Assembly (NCBI RefSeq): GCF_032191835.1
Contig: NC_083223.1
Location: 103,168,001-103,232,000 of the forward strand
Source: Heteronotia binoei
Lineage: Eukaryota
DNA: 64,000 nucleotides
Reading direction: 5' to 3'
Below, one piece after another: positions 1 to 10,999 of this stretch. Numbering within the stretch: position 1 is the stretch's first letter; each line of letters starts with the position of its first letter. Below the pieces are notes generated by a model. That model had not been told where the DNA came from, did no database searches, and saw only the letters and a list, made by a program, of their open reading frames with translations. Made by a program: the position numbers and the translations under genes.

Positions 1-1227
1 TATCCCTCGGAGGAAGCTTCAGGTTGGCAGCCTTCAGTCAGCCGAAGTTAAAGCTGCCTTCCAGGCAAAACTCCAGTCAAGAATTGAGGACCCCAGTTGC
101 CCCACAGACCCTTCTCCAGAAGCACTCTGGGAACACCTAAAAACTACCATCCTGTTGATCTCTGAAGAAGTCCTCGGGTTCTCCACAAGGAAAAACAAGG
201 ACTGGTTTGACGAGAACAATCAAGAGATCCAAGAATTACTAGCGAAAAAGAGATCTGCCTACCAAGCACATCTTGCTCAGCCCTCCTGTCCCGGGAAAAA
301 AGCAATCTTTCGCGCTGCATGTAGCAACCTCCAGCGCAAGCTTCGAGACATTCAGAACGAGTGGTGGACCAAGCTTGCAGAGAGAACCCAGCTGTGTGCA
401 GACACTGGTGATTTAAGAGGGTTCTACGAAGCCCTGAAGGCAGTATATGGCCCATCATATCAGGCTCAGAGTCCCTTGCGTAGTGCAGACAGCCAAGTGC
501 TCCTTACAGACAAGGCATCCATACTGAACCAGTGGTCGGAGTATTTTCAGGCTCTCTTCAGTGCCAACCGCGTAGTTCAAGATTCAGCAATCCACCTCAC
601 CCCACTTCAACCGGTGAAAACAGAGTTGGATGAGATCCCCACCCTAGAAGAGACTGTTAAAGCCATCAAGCAACTGAAAAGTGGCAAGGCAGCAGGAGTT
701 GATGGAATTCCACCAGAGATCTGGAAGCATGGGGGCACAGTACTACATAGCTCACTTCACAAAGTACTTGTCACCTGCTGGGAACAAGGCAAATTACCAC
801 AGGACTTTCGCGATGCAATCATCATCACCCTATACAAGAACAAAGGGGAAAAGTCAGACTGCTCCAACTACCGGGGGATAACCCTGCTCTCCATCGCAGG
901 CAAAATCCTTGCCAGAATACTCCTGAACAGACTGGTGCCCACCATTGCAGAAGAACTCCTCCCAGAGAGCCAGTGCGGCTTCAGAGCTAACAGGAGCACC
1001 ACCGACATGGTATTTGTTCTCAGGCAGCTCCAAGAGAAATGCAGGGAATAGAACAAGGCTCTGTATGTGACTTTTGTCGACCTTACCAAAGCCTTCGATA
1101 CCGTTAGCAGGAAAGGCCTGTGGCAAATCTTGGAACGTTTAGGATGTCCCCCAAGGTTCCTCAGCATGATCATCCAGCTACACGAAGACCAGCGAGGCCA
1201 AGTCAGACACTGCAGCGACCTCTCGGA
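1..1227 (+). mobile_element. RTE-clade LINE ORF fragment (EN-RT linker and RT N-terminal half), inactivated and 3'-truncated
   Basis: ORF 155-1051 has RT motifs KSGKAAGVDGIPPE, CSNYRGITLLSIAGKILARILLNRL and LPESQCGFRANRSTTDM. Premature TAG at 1049-1051 where CAG is expected (CRE*NK). The same frame continues FVDLTKAFDTVSR...LHEDQRGQVR and breaks off near 1227. Confidence 0.9.
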
Positions 1228-3557
1228 GAGGGAAACTACTGGAAGAAAGAAAGACCCTGATTAAGGAATACAGTGTATGCTTCAAATATTGTGAATCAAA
1301 GGAACACGTGGCTAGAGACTGTGAAGCAAGTGTCAAGTGCCACGAGTGTGACAGCAGCAGGCACCCCATGGCCTTACATCCAGACTCCAGCTCATCACAG
1401 TCATGCACAGCCAGTCTCCCTGCAATGGACAGCCAGGAGGAGACAACAGACCAGAACAAGACTGGTGCAGACTGAAAAGAGACCATCAGCGCCTGCTGCG
1501 CCCAGGCGCATGAGCCCAAGAACGGCCAAAAAACATGCTACTCGATATGCCTGGCAAAGGTTTTCCCCACAGACCAACCAGAAGAGGACACAAAGATGTA
1601 TGTTGTCTTGGACGGACAAAGCAATAAGTCCCTAGCTAGCCCAGGATTCTTTGATCTGTTCAGCCTATGAGAAGAAGAGATACAATACAGTTTTGAGACA
1701 TGAACAGGGGCCCAGCACACGGCGGGGAGGAGAACCACTGGATTCCAGATCAAATCCCTCGATGGAGAAGTCTAGTGCTCTCTGCCACCATTGCTGGAAT
1801 GCAACGCCCTACCAAAGGATCGCAGCCAAATCCCCACACCAGACGTGGTGTTACTGTATCTGCACCTAGCACCAGTGGCAAATCTAATCCTTCCGCTGGA
1901 TCCAGAGGCAGATATCATGCTTCTGTTGGGAGCAGATGTTTCTGACGTAATGATAGTCCATGAGATGATTAGAGGACCTCCTGGGGCACCACATGCCCAG
2001 AGACTAGACCTCGGATAGGTCATAATGGAAAAAGTGCAGAGCCTGCCACAGAGTGCCAACTTAGCACAAGCTCTGTGATGGAACCAGCCCGATTCTGCCT
2101 TCAGACCCGGTCCCGTCAACTCCCTATTGAGTCGCCAACTCCTGGAGGGAGCTATTTCTCCTCCGGCCACTTGGGCTCGCTGCCACCACCTGCTCAGTCT
2201 AGGTGTTCAGATTGAGAGGAACAGGACTCCCAATCCCCCTCTCCAGCTATGAGGCCAGGCCTCAAGGTCCTCTGCCACCCTGTACTTGGGTATCACAGAG
2301 ACCTCAGCACTTCTTTGGGAAACCCCTGGAGGATTGGCACCTTATCCAACTGCATGCCTTCCCCCTTCCCCGGGGCCCCCTTCATAAAGCAGCGTGGTCT
2401 AAGCGGTCGGGATCTATGTGGTACAGAGTTTGACTGCCAGCATTCAAAACAGCAAAAATATTTATTTAAAAGAGAAAAAGAAAAGAAAACCACAACGAAA
2501 ACAGTTGCATGTAAAAGGTTAGCACAGCATAGCACCCGCACAGCAAACAGCATGACAAAGAAAAAGTGGTTATAAACGCATCCTACTGTCCCTGCTCTAA
2601 ACTTGCCCTCCCTTGAGGATGACTTACTTGGTCTGACTGCCTGGGGGCCTCCTTTTCCTGAGTAGGCCTATCCCACAGTCAGGAGCCCCCATGCCCACAA
2701 CCTCCTCCTTTGAGCGCCAGTTGAGGACTGCTTCTCTTCCTGCCTAACTCACATACCAAGAACAAAAGAACTTCCTGCCGCTCTAGGAGGCTTTCCCCCT
2801 AGAGTTGTTGGTTTGGCTCTGGAAGGGAGGGGGGAATGAAAGGAGGGCTAGGCCCCAAAGCCTGCTTAGCCGTTTCATGTTCCCTCCCAACTAAGATGGC
2901 GTTTCTCCACAAGCTCCATCCCAACCCAAGTCCAAGAACCTCACCAATGCCAGGCCCCTGGCTCCAGTTACTCTAGATCCAGAGAACTCTATCGTTCTGA
3001 CACCGACAATCCGCCAAAGTAAGGGTCCGCTGACCAGACAACACCCCAGAAGAACTTTGTGGCCAAGAACTTGTGCAAGAAGCAGCAGGGATGAGTGCAA
3101 CTCCCTGCAAATACCCTTCAGAAGTGACGGAAGCAAGGACTGCCCCAACCTGCCAAAGCCAACTTCAACGAGAAAAGGCCAAGTCCATCCAGAAAAAAGA
3201 AGATGCTGACTGCCTGAAGGTCAAAGAAACTCTTAAAGACTCTTGGCCCAAGAAACTTGTGGACTTGATCCTGCCCAGCATGCATAGACTTGTTTGCAAG
3301 ACTGAAGTCCATGGCGTCACTCGTGAGAAGGCTCAGAAAATTGACCCCAGCTGACCAGAGACTTTCATCAAGCTGATCACTGATGCGGTACTGCTCTGTA
3401 CCAAAGAAGAATATGAAGAATGAAGCTCAGGTTTTGCATGCCTTAAAGTTTATCTAGATAGTTAGTAGTGTAGCATGTTGAGTACACATGACCAAGTACA
3501 GAATTCCATTTAGTATTGCATGTGGATAGTGGAATCCATAGTATTCTAGATGGGGAG
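1228..3557 (+). mobile_element. BEL/Pao LTR retrotransposon internal relic (gag zinc knuckles, aspartic protease, pol C-terminus), RT/RH/IN deleted
   Basis: Manual translation across frameshifts: ERKTLIKEYSVCFKYCESKEHVARDCEASVKCHECDSSRHPMALHP (BEL Cys/His knuckle array); CYSICLAKVFP...MYVVLDGQSNKSLASPGFFDLF (protease); LECNALPKDRSQIPTPDV...LLLGADV...GPPGAPHAQRLDLG; C-terminal WPKKLVDLILPS..VCKTEV and TFIKLITDAVLL at ~3240-3423; PPT agatggggag at 3548-3557. Confidence 0.82.
2074..2911. mobile_element. Solo LTR (838 bp) inserted in the BEL/Pao pol region
   Basis: Termini TGTG...CACA, with exact 5-bp TSD AGCTC at 2069-2073 and 2912-2916. Confidence 0.8.
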
Positions 3558-4020
3558 TGTTCTGCCTGCTCAAGGGGGCAGAGAATAATTCAGTAAGAAG
3601 AAGGAGATGCTGTACCTTTAAATCGCTAGGATCATGGGATTTGTAGTTTTTAGATACTTCATACCAGGAGGGCTTATTTACCTCTCCTAATTAGCTATTG
3701 TTTACTGCTTCCGGTCAGTCTTTTGCCCGGGAAAACTTCGTTTTATTGCCCCTCTTTCCCTCTTTGTTTAATATTCCGATAGCTAGCCAGCATGGAGACC
3801 CAGAGTCTCACACTTCTCTTCACCTCTGAGCACAAGTGAAACAAGAAACTTGCATGATTCTCCCACCCGATGTGATGAAGGTCGTGAGTACACTGCTCTG
3901 TTTGTCTTGAGAGATCAATAAAGCTGTTATATTGTTTAACTGTGCTTAGCAAGTTGATTCACGGCTAGATGCTGCCTGCCCTTTGCAGGGATCCATAGGG
4001 GGCCTTACAGATGGACCAGC
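3558..4020 (+). mobile_element. Probable 3' LTR of the BEL/Pao element (right end approximate)
   Basis: Begins TGT immediately after the polypurine tract and contains AATAAA near 3917. The terminal CA was not pinned down. Confidence 0.55.
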
Positions 4021-4559
4021 ACAGATGCTGTATTTTGAGTTCATTTGTGATTTTTTAAATGAAAGCACTGCAATTGTCTAATAAAACAATGCTAAACAGA
4101 ATCACACCTTTCTAAGCCAATTCACTTAAATGAATTAGAAGGGTGTTCCTTTGCTTTGGGTAGTGCTGTAAGTAGCTCAATTAATATTGGAAATAAGGCC
4201 TTCAAAGTGCAAAAAGCCATGCCCAATCTCACTAGAGCATACACATTTTGTTTGAAATTGTGTTTATAGATGATAAAATATCTTGACATACACAAGGCCA
4301 TTAAGTGTTGGATGTCTGGGTAGTCCTGGCATATCACATAGGATTTTTAACAGACCATTAATTTTACTTACATATCCTTGAGAGATCTTTTGCACAATTC
4401 TCTCTTTTTAAATTCTTTGATTTGCTTCAGCATGCAAACCTTGAAATGTCTCACAGATTAAGATAGGGAATCTTTTTTTTTTTCAAATGCTAGAACTTAA
4501 AATGAAGCAAAATGTATTCAAAAGCTGAGCTACCCCCTCCCCCAAATAAAATGTCCTGG

Positions 4560-4797
4560 TCTAATTACTGCCAAAACAGCTGAGCAGCAGCAGCAGGGTG
4601 CTCCCCACCAGTCAGCTGTTTGGTTTAAATAGTTCAGAGCGATTTGAACCACTGCTTTCTGCTCCCCGCAGAGGTCATGAACACACATGAACTAGTTTGA
4701 TTTGCAAACCAACCTCCTGGTTCATATAAGTTCATGGTTTTGTTTGTGGTTTTGCCACAAACCATATCACAAAAATGTGGTTCATACCTATCCTTAA
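4560..4797. mobile_element. Possible decayed non-autonomous DNA transposon end
   Basis: Repeated (g)gttcat/aaacc motifs ending ggttcatacctatcctta, resembling a TAGGGATGGG-type TIR. The partner TIR was not found. Confidence 0.3.
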
Positions 4798-5054
4798 TGC
4801 TAACTAGCCTCCAAGAGCCACAGACTACTGAGTATTAGTTGAAGAGGGAGGGGAAACGATAGTGAAAGGTGCTGGGGAGAAATTAATATGTATGAGCCAA
4901 TTTGCCTGTCTTCTGATGAGAAAACAGCTCACTGATTTTAAAGCATATCTTTACTTGGTGTTGGATTGTAGTGCTGGTATGGCTCCTGACTAGTTCAGAA
5001 CATTAGGACTAGTTCAGTATTAGGAGGAAGCCATATTAGCCTATCTTAACAACT

Positions 5055-6536
5055 CAAGGATTCAGGGGTTGGCCCTGCAATGACTCTCCTCTTTCCTCTA
5101 TGGTCAGGGACAAAGGGTGGTGATTGGGGGACAATCATCCCAGAGTCACCCGCTTAATTACGGTGTGCCTCAGGGAGCGGTGCTTTCCCCAATGTTATTT
5201 AACATCTACATGCACCCCCTTGCTCAGATTGCCCAGAGGAATGGGTTGGGTTTCCCCCAGTATGCTGATGACACCCAGCTCTATCTACTGATGGACAGCC
5301 GGTCTGACTGTGTCCCAGAGAATCTGAACCTGATGCTGCAAGCCGTGGCAGGTTGGCTCAGGCTGAGCTGACTGAAGCTGAATCCAACGAAGACAGAGGT
5401 CCTTTGCCTAAGTTGCGGCGGTCCAGGTAGAGAAATCCCCCTACCAGCTTTTGATGGTGCACCATTTACATTGGTGCCCAGGGCCAGAAGTTTGAGGGTG
5501 CTACTGTAGCCTTCTTTAACAATGGAGGCCCAGATAGCAGCCACTGCTAAATCCGCCTTTTTCCATCTTAGGCGGGTTAAACAGTTGGTCCCCTTTCTTG
5601 AGCACAGTGACTTGGCAACTATGATCCATGCTACGGTCACCTCGAGACTGGACTACTGTAATGCCAGTTTGGTGTAGTGGTTAAGTGTGCGGACTCTTAT
5701 CCGGGAGAATCGGGTTTAATTCCCCATCCTCCACTTGCACCTGCTGGAATGGCCTTGGGTCAGCCATAGTTATCACAGAGCTTGTCCTTAAAAGGGCAGC
5801 TGTTGTGAGAGCCCTCTCAGCCCCACCCACTTCACAGGGTGTTTGTTGTGGGGGGAGGAAGATAAAGGAGATTGTGAGCCGCTCTGAGATTCTTGAGTGG
5901 AGGGCAGAATATAAATCCAATGTCATCGTCTTCTTCTCTCTATGTGGGGCTGCCCTTGTCTCGAATCTAGAAAATACAGCTGTTGCAGAATGCGGCGGCC
6001 AGGCTGTTATTGGGGCTCTTCATGCTGGAACACATACAGCCAGGCCTTTGAGAGCTGCACAGGCTGCCAGTGGTGTACCGGATTCGCTGCAAGGTGCTGG
6101 TTATTACCTTTAAAGCCCTATATGGCCGAGGACCTGTCTACCTTAGGGATTGTCTATTTCCACACGTTCCCTGAGGGAGGCAAGATTGAAAACCATTAGA
6201 GATAGAGCTTTTTCAATTGTTGCCCCCTATTGGTGGAACCAACTTCCGGAGATCAGAGCCTTGGGACCTCACCCAGTTCCCCAAGGCCTGAAAGACAACA
6301 CTATTCCGGCTAGCCTTTAATTAAACTGCTGATTTAGTGATACAAATGACACCTAAGAGCACGGAATACCATTGAAATTGATCTGATATTAGCACCAAAT
6401 TGTTTTTATTGTTTTAAACTGTTTTAATTGTTGGAACTATACTATTGATATTTTACTGTAATCTATTGTCTCTATTGCTGCCCAGAACCTACTTTGGCAG
6501 GGCGGGCGGGGTATAAGTCCAATAAATCTAAATCTA
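5055..6536 (+). mobile_element. L2-clade LINE, 5'-truncated, interrupted by a SINE
   Basis: GVPQGAVLSPMLFNIYM, QYADDTQLY, AFFHLRR..L.PFL, TSRLDYCNA|LYVGLP, and a 3' tail ggcgggcggggtataagtccaataaatctaaatcta. Confidence 0.88.
5663..5936 (+). mobile_element. Squam3-like tRNA-derived SINE (long subfamily)
   Basis: A box gccagtttggtgtagtggttaag, B-box-like gggtttaattccc, body ctctcagccccacccacttcacagggtg and (TTC)-type tail. Splits the L2 frame at DYCNA/LYVGLP. Confidence 0.85.
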
Positions 6537-7520
6537 GCTTCATTATGACTTGCCTTCACATTTCTAAGTTCCATGAACTGGCAGTTGGGCAGTTTTAGAA
6601 GTGTATTGAGAAAGGAAATGCTTGCCTTTCATGCCCTTTATGATCTAGTAAATTGTAAAACACTTCCTAATTTAATTAAATGAAAGGTCTGTCTTAACTA
6701 ATAAATTTTTATAGACTGCTACCATGAATGCATTTAACTAGTCTTATCTGCAACTGGTAAGATATAAAAATAACACACATATTGAGTCCTAGAGATTTAG
6801 CAATTAGCTTTCTTCACCTCTCTGAATGTTGGTGTTGATGAACAGTTCCATCTCTCAAAATTTTAAGAGCCTCATTCATGAAATTTTCAGATCAAAATCA
6901 GCCTTATAACTCACAGTTTCCAAGGCATCATTTAAAAAATTTCAAGTATAGCAACTTACACTATTGGAGACCAACCAACTGTTTAGAGTGCACTTGTCAG
7001 TAGCAGAGGGAAAGCAGAGGAACTAAAAAAAATCTGATGACATATTGAAGAGAAACAATACTACATGAATGCTGAAACCAACATTGATGAGGGGGTGCTT
7101 AAGGAAGCTTGTAGACTTGTGGTAAAGAGGAGAGACTGGAAATTGAAGGAGGGATAATCATACAAAAGTGGTAATGCCCGGTGAATGGAGATGGTGGTGT
7201 CGTAGCTCTGACTATCATTTACCTATCCTAGGATGATGCCAGACAAACAAGGGAGACATAATGCTGAGGTGCTAATGTTAGAATGCCTGACCTCAGAATG
7301 TCTGAAGGGTGCAAAGTCCAGGAAAGATAAATGAAGCAACCTAATATAACAAAGAAATGACACCATACACTTAGCCTTAAGAAACAAAAACTAAACAGAA
7401 CATTTAGAACCTCCTTCAGAGATTAAGAGGACAGATGAGCATTTTTAAGTAGTTTTAAAAATGTACAGCAGCCTTCCATTACAGTATTAGTCTGAAATTA
7501 TTTTAAGGATATTATGCTGA

Positions 7521-7665
7521 AGGGAGCCAGTGTGGTGTATTGGTTAAGAGAGACAAACTCTAATCTGGACAACCAGATTAGATTCTGCTCTCCTCCACTT
7601 GAAGCCACGCTGGGTAATCTTAGGTCAGTCAGAGATCTTCCAGCACCCCCTGCCCCCACCTAATA
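7521..7665 (+). mobile_element. Squam3-like SINE 5' fragment
   Basis: gagccagtgtggtgtattggttaagag...ctctaatctgg head; the 3' part is missing. Confidence 0.7.
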
Positions 7666-8945
7666 AGCCTAGCTCACTGCATAACACTAAAAATGAGCAA
7701 GAGCTTCAGGCTGCCAGACAATCCTAGGATCTCCTGGCTATACCACACACAATGCCATATTATAATTTAATTTTATTTTATCTTGAAGACTATCAGCAAT
7801 TCCATAATATTGAAAAGAGTTGCAATTGAAAATCTCTTTATGAAAAATACTCAGTTAGTGCCTAACAATGTATTAGTGCTTTTAATCAGATGGATGGATG
7901 GATGAAAATGACAAACATGCATGATAAATACATGTTGCTCCATACACTTTATCATTTTAAAATGCAGGGTTAATTCATTTTAGGCAGTGTGTTCAATCCA
8001 ATATGTGTAGCACATATAAAAATTTTCTAATAATACTTCTAAATTCCACAAAAAAAACTTTTAGAAATATAGAGGAATGATGGAAGTGATTGGATAGATT
8101 CCCATATCTCTGAGTTAATCCATAACTCATTAATTAAGAATAAAATTAATTAAGGATTACAGCCCCAGAGAACACTTTTAAATGATAGAATGCTGTTTGC
8201 TTGCTTGAGGAGACAAGTTAGTTGAACAGATGGAATTGTCCCAGATTCCAGGTTTTATGGCATTTTAAAGGAATTCCTTGAGGTGTACATTGTGTAATAC
8301 CAAATGGGAGGAAACATTGAAACAGAGACCTAAAACATGACTAAAGCCTGACAACCTAACACAAATCTAAGACTTTTTCTCTGCACTATTTAGTGGTATA
8401 GCTCTGCTGTTGGTGGTTGACATTTCCATCCCCTCTGCCCCCCCTCCTGCTCTCTCCATTGGGGCTTGATGCCTAAGGTGAAACACTGACCACTAATTGG
8501 CATGAGAAAGAATTCGCTAGGACATTCTTCAAAGGAAGCCCCTGAGAAATTATCATGAGGTGTGCCAGAGCACAACCTGGCACTCACAAAGCAATAATAA
8601 TAAAAAGTTTATGTCATGGTTATAAAGGGAACAGGATCATAGTCTATGCCAATGTATCTAGTATGTCTTATTGGTTTAACTTTATTGTATTATTGCTCGG
8701 CCCTTACTGCATTGTGTTCTACTTTTGTCATTCCATTGTCTGCATTGTTTGATATGTCATGTCTGATACTTTTTTGCAGTTTCTAATTTTTATATGATAT
8801 ATAGGTAGAAATGCATAATATATAGGTATTATGCATATTAATCCTATTGTAGATAGATCCAAGCGGGCAGCCGTGTTGGTCTGAAGCAGTTGAACAAAGC
8901 AGGAGTCAAGTTGCACCTTTAAGACCCACAAATTTTTATTTAGAA

Positions 8946-8985
8946 CGTAAGCTTTTGTGTGCTCTTAAGCACACTTCATCAAACG
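8946..8985 (-). ncRNA. Hammerhead ribozyme motif, mutated core
   Basis: Minus strand cgt-TTGATGA-a-GTGTGCT-taag-AGCACAC-AAAA-gctt-acg; both core boxes are substituted relative to the copy at 10589. Confidence 0.7.
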
Positions 8986-10588
8986 AGGAATCCAGCACAG
9001 TGAGCAAAGCCATACATAGCTGAGCAGAGCCATACACAGCTGGTAGGCAGTGGCCCAGAATGCAACATGGTACAGATTTAAGAACCAATGACAGTGAAGT
9101 AAAATTATCTGGTAGACAGTGGTTTAGAATGTAAAATGATACAATGACAGAATAGTAAAATTAGCAAAAAAATTAGTAAAAAAACCTTTGATCTGAGTAG
9201 CATGAGCATGCAAAAGCAACAAAACAGCAATATGCAGTAAAATTAACAAATTGAGCAAACCTTTGATCTGAGTAGCATGAGCATGTGAAAGCAGCAAAAC
9301 AGTAATATGTCAAAATGTGAGATTGTCTGTCAATGACAATGGGAGATGGGATCAATATATGTAATGGGATAAGCAACCAAAGTCCCTGTTTGAGTGTGTC
9401 AATACAGCTAAAAGAGAAATACATTGGATAGTGATGTTCTTTCAAAAGCACTGGGGGGGGTAAACCGTTTCTTGCACACAGACAGCCCCCCCAACCTCAA
9501 ACAACATCTCACCCACAACAACACAGCATCTCATCTGAGCATGGACACCGGTACCAGAGCTTGTGATAAACCCAAGTGCCAACTTTGCTGCCCCATACAC
9601 CCAGACAACACAATCACTGGACCTAACAACATTAACTATACCATCTCAGGCTCATTCACTTGTTCATCTTCCAACATTATATATGCCATTAAATTCTAAC
9701 AATGCCCTTCAGTTCTCTACATAGGTAAACAGGACAAACCCTACGCCAAAGGATAAATGGACACAAATCTGACATTAGGAATCACAGAACTGAGAAATCT
9801 GTGGAAGGACACTTGAACCTTTCAAAGCATTCAATGGGTGACCTCAAGGTAGCTGTTTTACTGCAAAGGAACTTCAAGAACAGAATGGAGAGAGAAATTG
9901 CTGAATTACAAATTATTATGAAACTTGGAACAAACACCTCCCCAGGACTGAACAGGGATATTGGTTTTTTATCTCATTACAGATGCTAAACCCACTCTCA
10001 GTGAGTATAGCTATACATCCACAGTATTCCAATATGTTTCTCTTTTAGAATTGTGTATCAGTATAATTATTTGTATTGACATACTCTAAACAGGGATTTT
10101 GGCTGTATATCTCATTACATATGCGTTATCCATTTTCACTATATTTTATTGTATTCCTTTTTCCTATGGCAAACTAGAATTATGTTTACATGCTAAAAAG
10201 TAAATTAGGTGGACAACAACATCACTATCCAATGTATTTCTCTTTTAGCTGTATTGACACACTCAAACAGGGACTTTGGTTGCTTATCCCATTACATATA
10301 TTGAACCCATCTCCCACTGTCATTGACAGACAATCTCACATTTTGACATATTACTGTTTTGTTGCTTTCACACGCTCATGCTACTCTGATCAAAGGTTTG
10401 CTCAATTTGCTAATTTTACTATTCTGTCATTGTACCATTTTACATTCTAAACCACTGCCTACCAGATAATTTTACTTCACTGTCATTGGTTCTTAAATCT
10501 GTACCATGTTGCATTCTGGGCCACTGCCTACTAGCTATGTATGGCTCTGCTCAGCTATGTATGGCTTTGCTCGCTGTGCTGGCTTCCT

Positions 10589-10628
10589 CGTCTGATGAAG
10601 TGTGCTTAAGAGCACACGAAAGCTTACG
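10589..10628 (+). ncRNA. Minimal type I hammerhead ribozyme (Penelope-associated), intact core
   Basis: cgt-CTGATGA-a-GTGTGCT-taag-AGCACAC-GAAA-GCTT-acg: 3-bp stem I, 7-bp stem II, palindromic AGCT stem III, predicted cleavage after 10625. Confidence 0.78.
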
Positions 10629-10810
10629 TTCTAAATAAAAATTTGTTGGTCTTAAAGGTGCAACTTGACTCCTGCTTTGTTCAATTAATCCTGTTGTGTT
10701 ACTAATTAGATGTCTCATGCTATTTGCCTGCATTGTTTTATATACCAAGTAATCTGCCTTCAGTCTCAGTGAGAAAGAAGGGCTACAAATAAGTAACAAA
10801 TGGTAAATTT

Positions 10811-10868
10811 TCTTTAAAGTGCCACAGGATTCTTTGTTGTCTTTGCTGCAATGGGCTACCCTAAACTA
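10811..10868 (+). mobile_element. Decayed Penelope-like 3' end fragment
   Basis: tctttaaagtgccacaggattc...ggctaccctaaact resembles the other pLTR ends in the window. Confidence 0.5.
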
Positions 10869-10999
10869 CCTAATCAACATGAACAGTGAAGGCAGCAAAG
10901 CTCTCTTACTTCTCTGCTTCCATTGCATCCGCCAAGCTGCATTTAGCTTAATTGTTTAGACTTAGTGGCAACTGATCACCCCTTCAGTAGCCATTTTGA

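Larger units (their letters stand above)
8851..10684 (+). mobile_element. Penelope-like element (Neptune-like), 5'-truncated, with an inverted pLTR copy
   Basis: GIY-YIG endonuclease relic 9445-9989 (CDKPKCQLC linker, FTCSSSNIIYAI, RINGHKSDIRN, REIAELQIIMKLGT...GLNRD). Inverted repeat 8890-9438 vs 10217-10684. TSD ttaatcctattgt (8838-8850) / ttaatcctgttgt (10685-10697). Confidence 0.9.

Noticed and set aside
5663-5740. tRNA genes at SINE heads (also 7521, 13760, 17170, 20080)
   Set aside because: No complete cloverleaf; they continue into SINE bodies.
8890-10684. Large inverted repeat as possible misassembly or DNA-transposon TIRs
   Set aside because: The arms are diverged, enclose a GIY-YIG relic and share a 13-bp TSD, as expected for a Penelope insertion.
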